This document shows, piece by piece, positions 45,640-55,678 of a DNA stretch of 64,000 nt. The notes beneath the pieces are model-generated. The model was not told the DNA's origin, made no database searches, and saw only the letters and a list, made by a program, of their open reading frames with translations. The position numbers and the translations under genes were made by a program. How positions within the stretch are numbered: position 1 is the first letter of the stretch; every line of letters begins with the position of its first letter. Source of the DNA: an uncultured Spirochaetota bacterium. GTDB taxonomy: Bacteria > Spirochaetota > Spirochaetia > SZUA-6 > Fen-1364. The DNA is taken from positions 32,001 through 96,000 of the forward strand of contig CAVTHO010000005.1 of the NCBI GenBank assembly GCA_963734545.1. Direction: 5' to 3'.

Positions 45640-47607
45640 TTACCAGTGCAGGCGCACGCCGGTCTCGATGGAGAACGGGGGCATCGGGAAACCCGCCTGG
45701 GTATAGTACAGCGTATTGAAGATGTTGTTCAGCGCGAGCGTGAACGCGATGTTTTCGCTTGCCGTCAGCCTGTAGTCGGCATTGGCAACGAAGTATCCCG
45801 GGAGCGCGCCGGACTCGACATTCGCGATGTCCGTATATTTTTTGCTCACGTACTGGGCTCCGATTCCGAAGGAGTGGGTCTTGTTCTGGTACCGGGTCTC
45901 GAGGCTGAGAGTGTGCAGGGGCACAAAGGGCACCCGCCGGCCTTCGTCAATCGGAACCGTCTGTCCCAGGTACCGCAGGATCAGGCTGTATATGAATGTG
46001 TAGCCGGCCTCAATGGATATCCGGTCCGTGAGCGCAACCCTGGCATGGAGCTCGACGCCTGGCTGCAGCGATTCTCCGATGTTCACCGCGAAGTAGGTTG
46101 CGGCGCTCGGGTCCCAGCTTATGCTGTTGTAGAGCAGCCTCGCGAACACGGACGCGTCAAGCGCGAGACCCGGCCTCTGCAGGGTCCAGCCGATCTCGCC
46201 GCTGAACGAGGTTTCCGGCTTCAGATCCGGATTCCCCACGTCTCCGTACGGGTCGATCCAGTAGAGCTCGTTCAGCGTGGGCACGCGGTAGGCGCTCCCG
46301 AACGAGGCGCGCAGCGAGGATTCGTCGGAAAGGAGCACGACGGCGCTGAGAGAGTACGAAAGACTGCCGTTGAAATCGGAGAAGTAGTCGTAGCGCGCGG
46401 TCGGAGTGATCGTCAGCCAATCCACGGGGGTGACGGGCGCCGAAAGAAAGCCGGCAACGTTGAGCCTGTTCTTCAGACCTGCCAGGTTCGTGCTGTCCGC
46501 AAAATCGTCGATGACGCTCCCGCCATAGATCAACGCGGCAAGGTCGGAAAGCGTGAGCTTCTGTGTCACGTCCACGCTCCCGGTCCGGGTGCGGTGAGTG
46601 CTGGCCGGAGGAGAGGCGGGATCATGCAAGGCAAGCTCGTCATAGCGATAGAAGGCCTTGAGATCGAGGGTCAGCGCGTCGGTCAGGAACCGGTTGGTCT
46701 TCCAGGAAAGGGTCCCGGAGACCGCCGAGTCGGTTTGTCGCGCCGTTGTGCTGACGTAAGTCAACGAGCCGGGCGTCCCCGTGTCGGAAGTGTCGAGCAC
46801 CGCTTTCAGACCGATCTCGCCGCCGAAGAGGGGGGCATCGAGCCCGGCGAACCCGCTGCCGGAGAGGGAGTCTGCATTCGTCTTCCTTCTCCAGGCGTTG
46901 ATGCCGGTGGGATCGTTCCAGGTGAACCCGTTCGCGGCCCGGGTGAAGGATCCGCCGCCGCTGAGGCCGATATCTCCCAGTTTCCCGGCAAGCGACAGGG
47001 TGACTGCCTGGCTGTCCAGGAGATCCAGTGGGTCGGCGGAAACCGGAGTCGCGGCAAGGGTGGGGGAAACGGTGTGCGCGTCATGCGGAATATAGCTGCC
47101 GTTCAGAATGCTCAATGTGAGCTCGGACGCGCGCGCCTTTTTCGTGATGATGTTGATCACCCCGCCGCTGGCCATCGTCCCGTACAGCGCGCTCTCCCCG
47201 CCCCTCACGATCTCGATGTGGTCGATGATCTCCATCGGGATCGACGACAGGTCCACGGCGCCGTCACGGCTCGAGTTCAGCCGTATGCCGTCAAGGAGGA
47301 CAAGGACCTGGCTCGAGGTGGAGCCTCTCAAGCTCACCGTCTGGCTGGCGCCGACCGGTCCGTAGTCGTTGACAACGACTCCCGGCTGGCCGCTGATCAC
47401 CTGCGCGACATCGGTAGCGCCCGATTCTGCGATCTGCGCGGCACTGATGACGCTGACCGAGCTCGGTGATTCGAGGATCGTCGAATCGACCCGGGTCGCG
47501 GTCACGACCACCTCGTTCAGCTCGGCGGTGTTTTGCGCCCCGAGGGGCGCGGACGCAGGAGCGATGCACGCAAGAGCGGCGCTTGCGAAGAGGATCTTTC
47601 TGTTCAC
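45640..47607 (-). CDS. btuB: TonB-dependent receptor, probably cobalamin (BtuB-like)
   Basis: Signal peptide; EVVVTATR TonB box; plug motifs LRG..VLVLLDG and IEIVRG..SALYG; NPDLKPE; C-terminal Trp; downstream of a B12 riboswitch. Confidence 0.85.
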   Translation of the reverse strand: MNRKILFASAALACIAPASAPLGAQNTAELNEVVVTATRVDSTILESPSSVSVISAAQIAESGATDVAQVISGQPGVVVNDYGPVGASQTVSLRGSTSSQVLVLLDGIRLNSSRDGAVDLSSIPMEIIDHIEIVRGGESALYGTMASGGVINIITKKARASELTLSILNGSYIPHDAHTVSPTLAATPVSADPLDLLDSQAVTLSLAGKLGDIGLSGGGSFTRAANGFTWNDPTGINAWRRKTNADSLSGSGFAGLDAPLFGGEIGLKAVLDTSDTGTPGSLTYVSTTARQTDSAVSGTLSWKTNRFLTDALTLDLKAFYRYDELALHDPASPPASTHRTRTGSVDVTQKLTLSDLAALIYGGSVIDDFADSTNLAGLKNRLNVAGFLSAPVTPVDWLTITPTARYDYFSDFNGSLSYSLSAVVLLSDESSLRASFGSAYRVPTLNELYWIDPYGDVGNPDLKPETSFSGEIGWTLQRPGLALDASVFARLLYNSISWDPSAATYFAVNIGESLQPGVELHARVALTDRISIEAGYTFIYSLILRYLGQTVPIDEGRRVPFVPLHTLSLETRYQNKTHSFGIGAQYVSKKYTDIANVESGALPGYFVANADYRLTASENIAFTLALNNIFNTLYYTQAGFPMPPFSIETGVRLHW

Positions 47608-47636
47608 GGAAATCTCCCGACGGCCTTCTCGATCCC

Positions 47637-47718
47637 CATCCGCGTGCTCGTGCGCGAACTTGCGCACCTGCGGGTTTCATCCGCGAGCTCGTGCGCGTGC
47701 TTGCGCACCCGCGGGTTT
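47637..47718. repeat. Tandem 2 x 41-bp hairpin repeat in the btuB leader
   Basis: CATCCGCG(T/A)GCTCGTGCGCG..CTTGCGCACC(T/C)GCGGGTTT at 47637-47677 and 47678-47718. Confidence 0.85.
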
Positions 47719-47827
47719 ATCGTGTCATCCGCACGGGATGCAGAGATGAGGTCCAGGCATTGATGCGCGGGGAATCAGCGGTTGGGAAAACGGCACGCCA
47801 GGCATCCTCTCTCCACGAAGGGTAAAG

Positions 47828-47990
47828 GTTTCAGGAATCGTCTCCTGGCTTCCGGGTCAATCTCCCCGCAGCGCCTTCTCGCCTCCCTCAGAGGCAATGG
47901 CCGGGATGTCTCCATCCGTGCTGCAGGAATCCCCGGTTACAGTGGCGGGACCGCTGCGGAATTGCACCGCATTCCGTGTTCCCTGAAACA
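47828..47990 (-). ncRNA. Cobalamin riboswitch
   Basis: Minus strand reads GGAAT-GCGGTGCAATTCCGC-AGCGGTCCCGCCACTGTAACCGGGGA...GCCATTG...GAGAAGG...GAAGCCAGGAGAC (B12 box); closing stem GTTTCAGG/CCTGAAAC. Confidence 0.95.
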
Positions 47991-48005
47991 GGCAACGCGG
48001 ACTAG

Positions 48006-48034
48006 AATCTAACAGGGGCGGCCTTTCCGGTCAA
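48006..48034 (-). promoter_or_regulatory. Sigma70-type promoter driving the riboswitch-btuB-tonB transcript
   Basis: TTGACC-17 nt-TAGATT with an extended -10 TG. Confidence 0.6.
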
Positions 48035-51000
48035 TCGGGCTTTTTCTGCATCGGGACCTGCGCGAAATCTTCGGGCTTCAGGAGGTCCATGTTTTTCTCC
48101 TGGGAGGGAGGGTATGCGCGCAGGAAGTCCTCCTGTCCCGGGCTCCGCCCGTCGGGCCAGGCCACATCCATCACACGCGTGTGATTTGTATCAGCGGCGC
48201 CGCCGCCGATCCTCCACTGCTCGGCCCTTGGAAGCACGTCCCGCACCCGGCGAACGCCCGGGGCGGGAAAGCCATCCTGGCTCAGCACGAGCCCCACGTA
48301 CGCGCACGTCGTGGGGTCCAGGCCGCCCAGGGCCGCGCGAGGCACGATGATCGTCACCTCCCGGCGCGGCGCGTTCACGACCGCCCGAACAGGGCTGCCG
48401 GGGACCTCCGCGGGCTTTCCAGAAGCGTCGGGCACGATGAGCTTCTGGTTCCACCCTTCCACCCAGATGGCATACTCCCAGCCGAAACCTTCAGGCAGCG
48501 ACGCGTTTCGCCCCTCCAGCAGCATGCGGGGGCCGGTCCCTGCGCCGGGGTCCCTGTCGATATAGATGTCGAATGTCTGCAGCGACAGACCGATGCCCGA
48601 ACCCCACGGGTTGCCGATCGGTGCCCCCATGCGGAACCGGAAAACGAGGTTGGCGTCATTCGCGGTGACAACAAAGCTTTGGATATCGAACGCTCCTTTG
48701 TCGAATACCGCATCTGTCGGATAGGTGTATGATCCCGGGCCGTGGTCGTCCCCCGAGGGGTCCCGGACATCCAGAACGACCCTGCCGGTGCCAAGGTCGG
48801 GAACCACCACCTGCGCGGGTCCGGGTGCGGGAAAAACCACCAGATCCCTGTCTCTTGTCGAAAGCACGACCTGCATCTCGAGCTGGTCTCCGATCGATAG
48901 TTCGCCGATGGCTGACAGAGGCAGCGCGATCTCGGCAACCTGCCCTGTCACGGCCGCTTTCACTTCGGCGTTCCCGGGATCCCACGTATCATATGGACCC
49001 TGCGTGAGGAACCGGGCCGAGGCGGTGCCCTCCCCCGGCGTGACCTCAACTGCGAACCCTGCCTGGAACCCGAGCACGCTCCTCCTGAGGGTGAATGAGC
49101 TCGAGGTCTTCTGCCCGGGGCGCGAGAGGTACACCTGCAGCGAAGAGCCCGGTCCGCCGGCGCGTATCTCCTGCCCCAGGTCAATGCGAAAATACGCGTG
49201 GGACAGGTCAAAACCGTAGTAGAAAGCGCGCAGCCGGTCCGACCCCTTTGCCATGGCCCCGCCCTGGAAAATGACCGCACCCGCCTTGTCCCATTCGCCC
49301 GGGCCTGCCACGCCGTCTATCGTGGGCGTGAAGGGGAGCTCGAATGCCCTGGTCGGAGCCACCGGCTTCCGCGCGATGATCGGCACCTTCAGGAATTCGG
49401 GCGCGGGCAGGGCGAGCGCGGCGTATACCTCGCCGAGAAGTGCGCGGAATGCCTCGTCGAAGTATTCGTCATTTCCGGAGTCCTGGTCTTTGCCGAACCA
49501 CCAGAACCAGTCCGATCCCTCGGCAAGATACATTGCGTCGAGCGCCCGGGCCAGCCTCTGCGGGCTGGTCTTCTTTTTCTTGTAGAAATCGTACTGGGCC
49601 AGGGCATTGCGCGCCTTTCCGAGATAGTTCCACGCCGTCGTTTCCTCCGGCTCTCCTATCCACGTGGAAAAATCCGGGGAAAACCAGCAGCCGGCCCAGA
49701 GAGAGTCGAGCCTGCGCTGGTCGGGGAACAGTTTCAGATATCTGGACGGCGTCACGGTGAGGACCGTCGTGCTTGCGGAGAGCTTTCGGTACAGCGCGTT
49801 GAGAAAATCCTTGCCGTCATTGGGATAATTTTCCCACGCGTTTTCACCGTCGAGTATCACGCTCACCAGGTGCGGGCCTTTCGCGCCCTGTGCGCGCAGC
49901 CTTTCCCGGATGGCCTCCAGCCTGTCCATGAAGTCCTGCGCCGCCTCCTCTCCGGGGGTCCCGGAGTACTCGAAAGCGACAAGGTCCGAGATCCGGTTGT
50001 CGCGGAACGTGACCGCAACCCGGGGCCCGGACCTGAATTGCACGTAATAGGGCCGGTAGAGGTCGTCTGCGTCGGTCACGACATCGCCCGCATCCCGATT
50101 GAAGCCGGGTTTGCCCAGCGATTTTGCGAGCACCTGCTCGCCGGATGCCATCCACCGATAGCCGGCCTCCGCCACCAGCTTCACGATGTCCTGCGCAACG
50201 GCGCCTTCCGCGGGCCACAGGCCGACGGGCTTCCTTCCGTAGTGGCTCTCGTAGACCTCGACGCTCCTCGCAAGCTGCGCAATTGCGTCTTGCGGATAGG
50301 AGAATCGCGCCGGCATCTGGGCAGTGGGATCGCTCCCGGCGGCCAGGTCGGAGTTGTAGACGAGCGGAAGGATGGGATGGGCGTACGGAGTGGTGATGAC
50401 CTCGATCTGGCCCGCGTCCTGGAGCTTTCTGTGCTCGGGAATGATTTTTCTGATGATGTCACGCGCGCTCTTGAAGAGGATGGCCTTGTCCCGCTCATCG
50501 AAGTCCCTGCCTTTGCGCACAAGAGACGCGAGCGGCTCCTGGGCCAGGAAGTCAGGATCGAACCAGGCGAGGTTGAACCAGACCTGCAGGTCCCGGAAAT
50601 CCTGAGCGGAAAACGTATGGAGAGCCGATTGGATTGCCTCCTCGGTCGTCCCTCCCCTCTTGTCCAGGAGCTCCTTGTAGCGGGGAAACCGGGCAATCAC
50701 GCGGCTCCAGTTCGTGTCGAAGAACCTCTGGAGGATGAAGACCTTGTCCGCGGCGGCAAGCTTCTCCGCGGGGATCCCGGCCGCCACCTCGTAGGAATCC
50801 CGGGCGCCGGAGGCCAGGTCGTCGAGCTGCCGTATCAGGACCGGCGTCAGGTCGAAGGTGACACGGATGTCGGGATACTTCTCGAGCATGGCAGCCATGT
50901 CGTAGTAATCCTTGGTGGCATGCACCCGCACCCATGGCCGCGTGTACACCCCGGACGCGTTCTTATAGTAGAGAGGCTGATGCTGGTGCCAGACCAGGCT

Positions 51001-51108
51001 GAGGTAAAGCGCGTCTCCCTCGCGTCCCTCCGCAGGGAGCAGCGAAGGGGCAGCAAGGAGAGCACCCGCAAGTGCCAGTGAGGCGAGGAATGCGGCGCGC
51101 GCGGACAT
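48031..51108 (-). CDS. Secreted GH57 amylopullulanase with C-terminal DOMON/glucodextranase-like domains
   Basis: WHQHQPLY, PYAHPILP, GLWPAEGAV (nucleophile), ILDGENAWE (acid/base), AEGSDWFWW and DPSGDDHGPGSYTYPT. Confidence 0.92.
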   Translation of the reverse strand: MSARAAFLASLALAGALLAAPSLLPAEGREGDALYLSLVWHQHQPLYYKNASGVYTRPWVRVHATKDYYDMAAMLEKYPDIRVTFDLTPVLIRQLDDLASGARDSYEVAAGIPAEKLAAADKVFILQRFFDTNWSRVIARFPRYKELLDKRGGTTEEAIQSALHTFSAQDFRDLQVWFNLAWFDPDFLAQEPLASLVRKGRDFDERDKAILFKSARDIIRKIIPEHRKLQDAGQIEVITTPYAHPILPLVYNSDLAAGSDPTAQMPARFSYPQDAIAQLARSVEVYESHYGRKPVGLWPAEGAVAQDIVKLVAEAGYRWMASGEQVLAKSLGKPGFNRDAGDVVTDADDLYRPYYVQFRSGPRVAVTFRDNRISDLVAFEYSGTPGEEAAQDFMDRLEAIRERLRAQGAKGPHLVSVILDGENAWENYPNDGKDFLNALYRKLSASTTVLTVTPSRYLKLFPDQRRLDSLWAGCWFSPDFSTWIGEPEETTAWNYLGKARNALAQYDFYKKKKTSPQRLARALDAMYLAEGSDWFWWFGKDQDSGNDEYFDEAFRALLGEVYAALALPAPEFLKVPIIARKPVAPTRAFELPFTPTIDGVAGPGEWDKAGAVIFQGGAMAKGSDRLRAFYYGFDLSHAYFRIDLGQEIRAGGPGSSLQVYLSRPGQKTSSSFTLRRSVLGFQAGFAVEVTPGEGTASARFLTQGPYDTWDPGNAEVKAAVTGQVAEIALPLSAIGELSIGDQLEMQVVLSTRDRDLVVFPAPGPAQVVVPDLGTGRVVLDVRDPSGDDHGPGSYTYPTDAVFDKGAFDIQSFVVTANDANLVFRFRMGAPIGNPWGSGIGLSLQTFDIYIDRDPGAGTGPRMLLEGRNASLPEGFGWEYAIWVEGWNQKLIVPDASGKPAEVPGSPVRAVVNAPRREVTIIVPRAALGGLDPTTCAYVGLVLSQDGFPAPGVRRVRDVLPRAEQWRIGGGAADTNHTRVMDVAWPDGRSPGQEDFLRAYPPSQEKNMDLLKPEDFAQVPMQKKPD

Positions 51109-51118
51109 GAGGGGCCTT

Positions 51119-52018
51119 TCAGTCCCCCTTCACCGAACCAAGGGTGAGGCCGGATACGAGCCATTTCGAAGTGAAGAGGAACAGCCCGCCCACCGGTATC
51201 GAGATCAGGATCGACGCGGCCGCGTAGGCTCCCCACTGGGTCTGGAACTGCTGCTGGAGGCTCTGCAGGCCCAGGGGCCACGTGAGGACCGCCGGCCTCT
51301 GGAGCATGATGCGCGCCAGGAGAAAGTCGTTCCACGAGTTCATGAAGTTGAAGAGGAACACCACGGCAAGGGCCGGAGCCGCCAGGGGCAGAACGATCCG
51401 GTAGAGCGTGTACATCCGTGAGGCGCCGTCGATCATGGCCGCCTCCTCCAGGGAGCTGGGGATCGTGTCGTAATAGCCTTTCATGATCCAGATGCTGAAC
51501 GGGATCGAGCTCACCGAGTAGCTGAGGACAAGACCGGTGTAGGTGTTGATGAGTCCCAGACGCGCCGCGATGATGTACAGGGGAACCATCATCATGGCGG
51601 CCGGTATCATCTGCGTGGTGAGCAGGAAGATGAGGAAGCCTGAGCGGCCGTGGAATCTCCATCGGGAGAAGGCGTAGGCGGAGGTTGCCGAAAGGAGCAG
51701 CCCCATGATCGAGGTGGAGATGGTGATCAGGAGACTGTTCCAGATCCAGAGGGGAAAATCCTTTTCAAAGAGGATCGCACGATAGTTCCCCAGGTCGGCG
51801 TCCGGCGGGATGATGGCGAGCGAGGTGCTGAGCAGCCGATCATGCGGCCGCAGCGACACCGCCAGGATCCGCAGCGCGGGGAAAAGAGCGATCACGCACG
51901 CCGCGATCAGAATGAGGTTGACGAGGAGTCGAAACCAGATGCTCTCCCCTTCTATGCGCGCCGTGAGGAGCCGCGCCGGAAGGCTTCTTTTCCTTCGTAC
52001 GACGAGTGTGTCTTCCAT
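51119..52018 (-). CDS. malG: Maltodextrin ABC transporter permease
   Basis: KGYYDTIPSSLEEAAMIDGA EAA loop and GLTLGSVKG terminus. Confidence 0.85.
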   Translation of the reverse strand: MEDTLVVRRKRSLPARLLTARIEGESIWFRLLVNLILIAACVIALFPALRILAVSLRPHDRLLSTSLAIIPPDADLGNYRAILFEKDFPLWIWNSLLITISTSIMGLLLSATSAYAFSRWRFHGRSGFLIFLLTTQMIPAAMMMVPLYIIAARLGLINTYTGLVLSYSVSSIPFSIWIMKGYYDTIPSSLEEAAMIDGASRMYTLYRIVLPLAAPALAVVFLFNFMNSWNDFLLARIMLQRPAVLTWPLGLQSLQQQFQTQWGAYAAASILISIPVGGLFLFTSKWLVSGLTLGSVKGD

Positions 52019-52028
52019 GCTCTCCTCC

Positions 52029-53048
52029 TCAGCCCCGCACGCTCTTCAGCGCGCCGGTGAACCGGATGTAGAACGCGGAAAAGACGAACAGGATCAGGAA
52101 AATGACAATGGCGAAGGCCGCCGAGAATCCGTAGCGGTTGTACTCGAAAGCTGCGCGGAACAGGGCCGTCACGAGGATGTCGGAAGTCTCCAGACGGTTT
52201 TCATTGATGAAGTAGGGGACATTGAAGTTGTTGAACGTCCAGATCACTCCCAGGATGACGGCGGGCGTGAGAATGGGCGCCATGAGGGGCAGGCTTATGG
52301 AGCGCAGCTTGCGCCACCCCGTGGCCCCGTCCAGGTAGGCTGCCTCGTAGTACTCCTTGGCGATGCTCTGGAGCGCACCGAGGCAGATCACCATCATGAA
52401 GGGAACGCCCAGCCAGATGTTGGTGATATTCATGGCAACGAAGTTCCAGAAGGGATCCGATTTCCACTGCACCCCGGGGATGCCGACAGCCCTCAACAGG
52501 ATGTTGACGAACCCGTATTCGAAGTGGAACTCTCCGCGCCAGGTGAGGCACGAGATGACCTGCGGGATCGCCCACGGGATGATCAGCAGCACCTTGTAGA
52601 GGCCTTTCAGGAGCAGTTTGCGATTCAGGAGCAAGGCAAGCCCCAGGCCGAGCGTCACGTGAAAGACGACCTGGATGCCGGTCCACAGGATGGTGCGGAG
52701 AAAAACCGGGAAGAACATCACCTGCTTGAGCACGGGCTCGGTGAAGATGAGCTTGAAGTTATCCCAGCCTTGCAGCAGCCCGTAGTCCGGATTCTTGAAT
52801 CGGCGCAGGCTCATGTTGCTGAAGGCCAGGCGCAGCTCGAGCAGGATGGGATACACGATCAGGACGGCAAGCCCGATGATGGCAGGGGCCAGCAGCATGT
52901 AGACCAGCGCATTTTTTGCCCGGAAGAGCTTTCCCGCGACCAGGTAGACGAGAAGCTCGATCAGGACAACGCCGACGACCAGGGCGAGCACCGTCGCGCC
53001 TACCTGACCCAGGCTGCTTGTGATGACTTGGGATGTCAGGGAATGCAT
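52029..53048 (-). CDS. malF: Maltodextrin ABC transporter permease
   Basis: IIPWAIP, WLGVPFMM, YEAAYLDGA and FNNFNV motifs. Confidence 0.85.
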   Translation of the reverse strand: MHSLTSQVITSSLGQVGATVLALVVGVVLIELLVYLVAGKLFRAKNALVYMLLAPAIIGLAVLIVYPILLELRLAFSNMSLRRFKNPDYGLLQGWDNFKLIFTEPVLKQVMFFPVFLRTILWTGIQVVFHVTLGLGLALLLNRKLLLKGLYKVLLIIPWAIPQVISCLTWRGEFHFEYGFVNILLRAVGIPGVQWKSDPFWNFVAMNITNIWLGVPFMMVICLGALQSIAKEYYEAAYLDGATGWRKLRSISLPLMAPILTPAVILGVIWTFNNFNVPYFINENRLETSDILVTALFRAAFEYNRYGFSAAFAIVIFLILFVFSAFYIRFTGALKSVRG

Positions 53049-53077
53049 ACGTCCCTCCGTTCATGTCGGCGGACGAG

Positions 53078-53117
53078 AAAAAAGGGACAGGGCGCGCGTG
53101 CGGCAGTCCCTGTCCCC
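53078..53117 (-). terminator. Stem-loop with U-tract after malE
   Basis: GGGACAGGG/CCCTGTCCC stem followed by T6 on the minus strand. Confidence 0.6.
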
Positions 53118-53136
53118 GTGAATGCAACGATTCCCG

Positions 53137-54366
53137 CTACTGGAGCGACTTGATCGCGGCCACCGCGGCTTTCTGCATGTCCGCTGCCGCAGCCTCGGCC
53201 TTCTTGGTGCCGGCGAGCACAGCAGCCATCTCGGGCTTCATGGCATCCCAGTTGGCGCGCATCTCGAGGACGGTCGGCATCGGGGTCCCGACGACCATCT
53301 GATCCGAGGAGCCCTTCAGGATCGGGTCGCTCGTGATGAGCTCGTCACTCAGCGCGTCTTTGAGCCCCGGCAGGCGCGAGAGCTTGGCAACCATCATGAC
53401 CTGCATCTCCCTGCCGGTCACGAACTGGATGAAGCCGCGAACCGCAGTGAGCTTGTCACCCGAGAGGTCCTTGGGCAGCATGAAGAAGGCGCCGCTGGTG
53501 TAGGGAGCGGGCCACGTGCCCGTCGCCGCCACCCGGGGGATCCGGGCAACGCCGAGGTCGTCCTTCAGGGCATCCTTGTAGGCGCCGAGCGACCAGTCGC
53601 CGTTGATGATCATGGCGGCCTTGCCCTCCTTGAAGAGGGTATCCGCCCCGTTGTAGTCGCTTTCAGAGGGAACGATCTTCCTGTCCTTCAGGCTCTTCAG
53701 GAACTTCAGAGTATCCACCATCTGCTTGGTGTTGAGCGTGGGGGTGATGCCGTCCCGGGCGAACACGGCGCCCTTGAACCCGCCCAGCCAGGGCACCAGC
53801 CAGAAAGGCTCGGTCTGGTTGTACACAAGGGGATAGACGCCTTCCGGCATCTTGCCCGCCAGCGCGAGGAGCGCCGTGGTCGTGGCAGGCGGCGTCTTGA
53901 TGAGGGACTTGTTGTACAGGAGCATGAGGTGATTGCCGTTGGCAATGGGGACTCCCCAGACTTTTCCTTTGAGAGTCACCGCCGCGAGGGCCGCATCCAC
54001 GTACTTCTTCAGATTGAATAGCGGGTCCACCGGCTGGATGATGTCAGCGGTCGTGAAAGGGCCTGCGTGATCGTTCACCGTCCAAAGGAGGTCCGGAGCG
54101 GAGCCGGCGAGGCTCGACGTCTGGAAGTCCTGTCGGAGCAGCTCCACGTCCTTGTTGACCACCTCGAAGGTGATGTTCGGGTAGAGTTTCGTGAAGAGAT
54201 CGGTCTCCAGCTTCACGAACTGCAGGGCCCCGTCCTGCTCTCCTTCCTTTGTCCAGAAAAGGATGCTCGTGGGTCCCACCGCGGCAAGGTCCTTTGCCGT
54301 GACCTCCGCCATGACCAGCGGGGCTACGGACGCAAGGATGAGGAACACGAAGAGAAGCTTCTTCAT
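53137..54366 (-). CDS. malE: Maltose/maltodextrin-binding protein
   Basis: Signal peptide MKKLLF; GSAPDL, LLYNKSL, FKEGKAAMIINGDW and PMPTVLEM..W motifs; GGAGG RBS. Confidence 0.85.
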   Translation of the reverse strand: MKKLLFVFLILASVAPLVMAEVTAKDLAAVGPTSILFWTKEGEQDGALQFVKLETDLFTKLYPNITFEVVNKDVELLRQDFQTSSLAGSAPDLLWTVNDHAGPFTTADIIQPVDPLFNLKKYVDAALAAVTLKGKVWGVPIANGNHLMLLYNKSLIKTPPATTTALLALAGKMPEGVYPLVYNQTEPFWLVPWLGGFKGAVFARDGITPTLNTKQMVDTLKFLKSLKDRKIVPSESDYNGADTLFKEGKAAMIINGDWSLGAYKDALKDDLGVARIPRVAATGTWPAPYTSGAFFMLPKDLSGDKLTAVRGFIQFVTGREMQVMMVAKLSRLPGLKDALSDELITSDPILKGSSDQMVVGTPMPTVLEMRANWDAMKPEMAAVLAGTKKAEAAAADMQKAAVAAIKSLQ

Positions 54367-54535
54367 TCGACACCTCCTCCACTCAAGAAAGATTGAGAGA
54401 AAATCCAAAGAACACAAGGCAGCGGATAAGAAACTACCGCCGCCTTCCGGGATGGTCAAACAGGCACCGCCTGCACGATTTTTCCCCCGGAATCGTCCGC
54501 CCTGTTGCACTTTCTCCGAATTCGATGTAACATAA

Positions 54536-54549
54536 TGCAACCGGTTGCA
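54536..54549. promoter_or_regulatory. LacI-family operator between face-to-face malE and lacI promoters
   Basis: Perfect palindrome TGCAACCGGTTGCA. Flanked by + strand TTGCAC(54505)-17-TAACAT and - strand TTGACA(54579)-16-TATACT. Confidence 0.8.
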
Positions 54550-54599
54550 CCAGTATAACAACTCCGAACCGATTGTCAAGCGCGATTTCCGGAGGGGGC

Positions 54600-55678
54600 A
54601 TGGAGCGCAAAAAACGGGTGACCATCTACGACATCGCGCGGATGACCGGGGTGACCACGGCCACCGTGTCCCGGGTCATCAACGGCAAGCACGGCATCTC
54701 GCGCGAGACGCGGGATCGCGTGATCGCCGTCATGCAGAGGGAGCGCTACTTCCCCTCGCCCGCCGCCTCGGGTCTCCGGAAAAAGAGCACGCGGGAGATC
54801 GGCATCCTCTCCCCCTTCTTCATCGGGGACTTCTTCCTGAAGATCTTCGAGAGCCTGCACCGCCAGCTCAAGGACTTCGACCTGATCCTCTACAATGCGC
54901 AGACCCCTGCCCATCGCCGGGAGGTCATCGACAGGATCGTGGCGGAGGAGAAGCTCTGCGCCCTGATCGTGGCCAGCACGCCGATCCTCCTCGAAGAGGA
55001 GATGCTCGTTTCCAGTCTCGGCGTCCCGGTCGTCATGCTGGAGGCGCGTCACCCCGCCTACAGCTCTGTCGACTATGACCACCAGATCGGCGCGTTCAAG
55101 GCGGTCAGTCACCTCATCGAGCTGGGCCACCGGGAGCTCGCCATCATCGGGGGCAAGCCCGAGACCCGGCTGTACTCCCCCATCGGCAAGGAGAGGCTCA
55201 AGGGATACCGCATGGCGCTCGCGGCAGCGGGCATCCCCGTCCGGGAGGAGTACATCATGAGCGGGGAATGGACGAGCGCCGACGCGAGCGCCAGCGCGAG
55301 GAAGCTGCTCACGCAGAGGGCCCCGCCCACCGCTATCTTCGCCACGTCGGATGTCCAGGCGGCCGGCGTCCTGATGGCGGCCCGGGACCTGGGCGTCAAG
55401 GTACCCCGGGAGCTCTCTGTCGTCGGGTACGACAACATCCCGTTTGCCGAGTTCCTCTCCCTCACCACGATGTGGCAGCACCACGACCAGCTTGCCCGCA
55501 ACACGGCCAACCTCCTGCTGGAAGAGCTTCGCACCGGGGTACGGACCGGTGAACGGGTCATGCTGCAGCCCGAGCTCGTCATCCGAGCCTCTACCGGGGC
55601 GCCTGCCCGCTCCCACCGGGGAAGAGGGGCCCGTTCCGGGCAACGAGGGGCCCGTCCCGGGCAGCGAGGGGCCCGTGA
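54600..55678 (+). CDS. LacI family repressor of the maltodextrin locus; 3' end uncertain (the assembled frame runs to 56222)
   Basis: TIYDIARMTGVTTATVSRVING HTH; LSVVGYDN, LTT and PELVIRAST motifs. Confidence 0.88.
55624..55676. repeat. 2.5 x 21-bp tandem repeat at the lacI/malQ junction
   Basis: GAGGGGCCCGT(T/C)CCGGGCA(A/G)C units starting at 55624, 55645 and 55666. Confidence 0.88.

Noticed and set aside
2901-55676. Tandem repeats (51, 41 and 21 bp) as CRISPR arrays
   Set aside because: The units are contiguous with no unique spacers, have only 2-3 copies, and no cas genes are present
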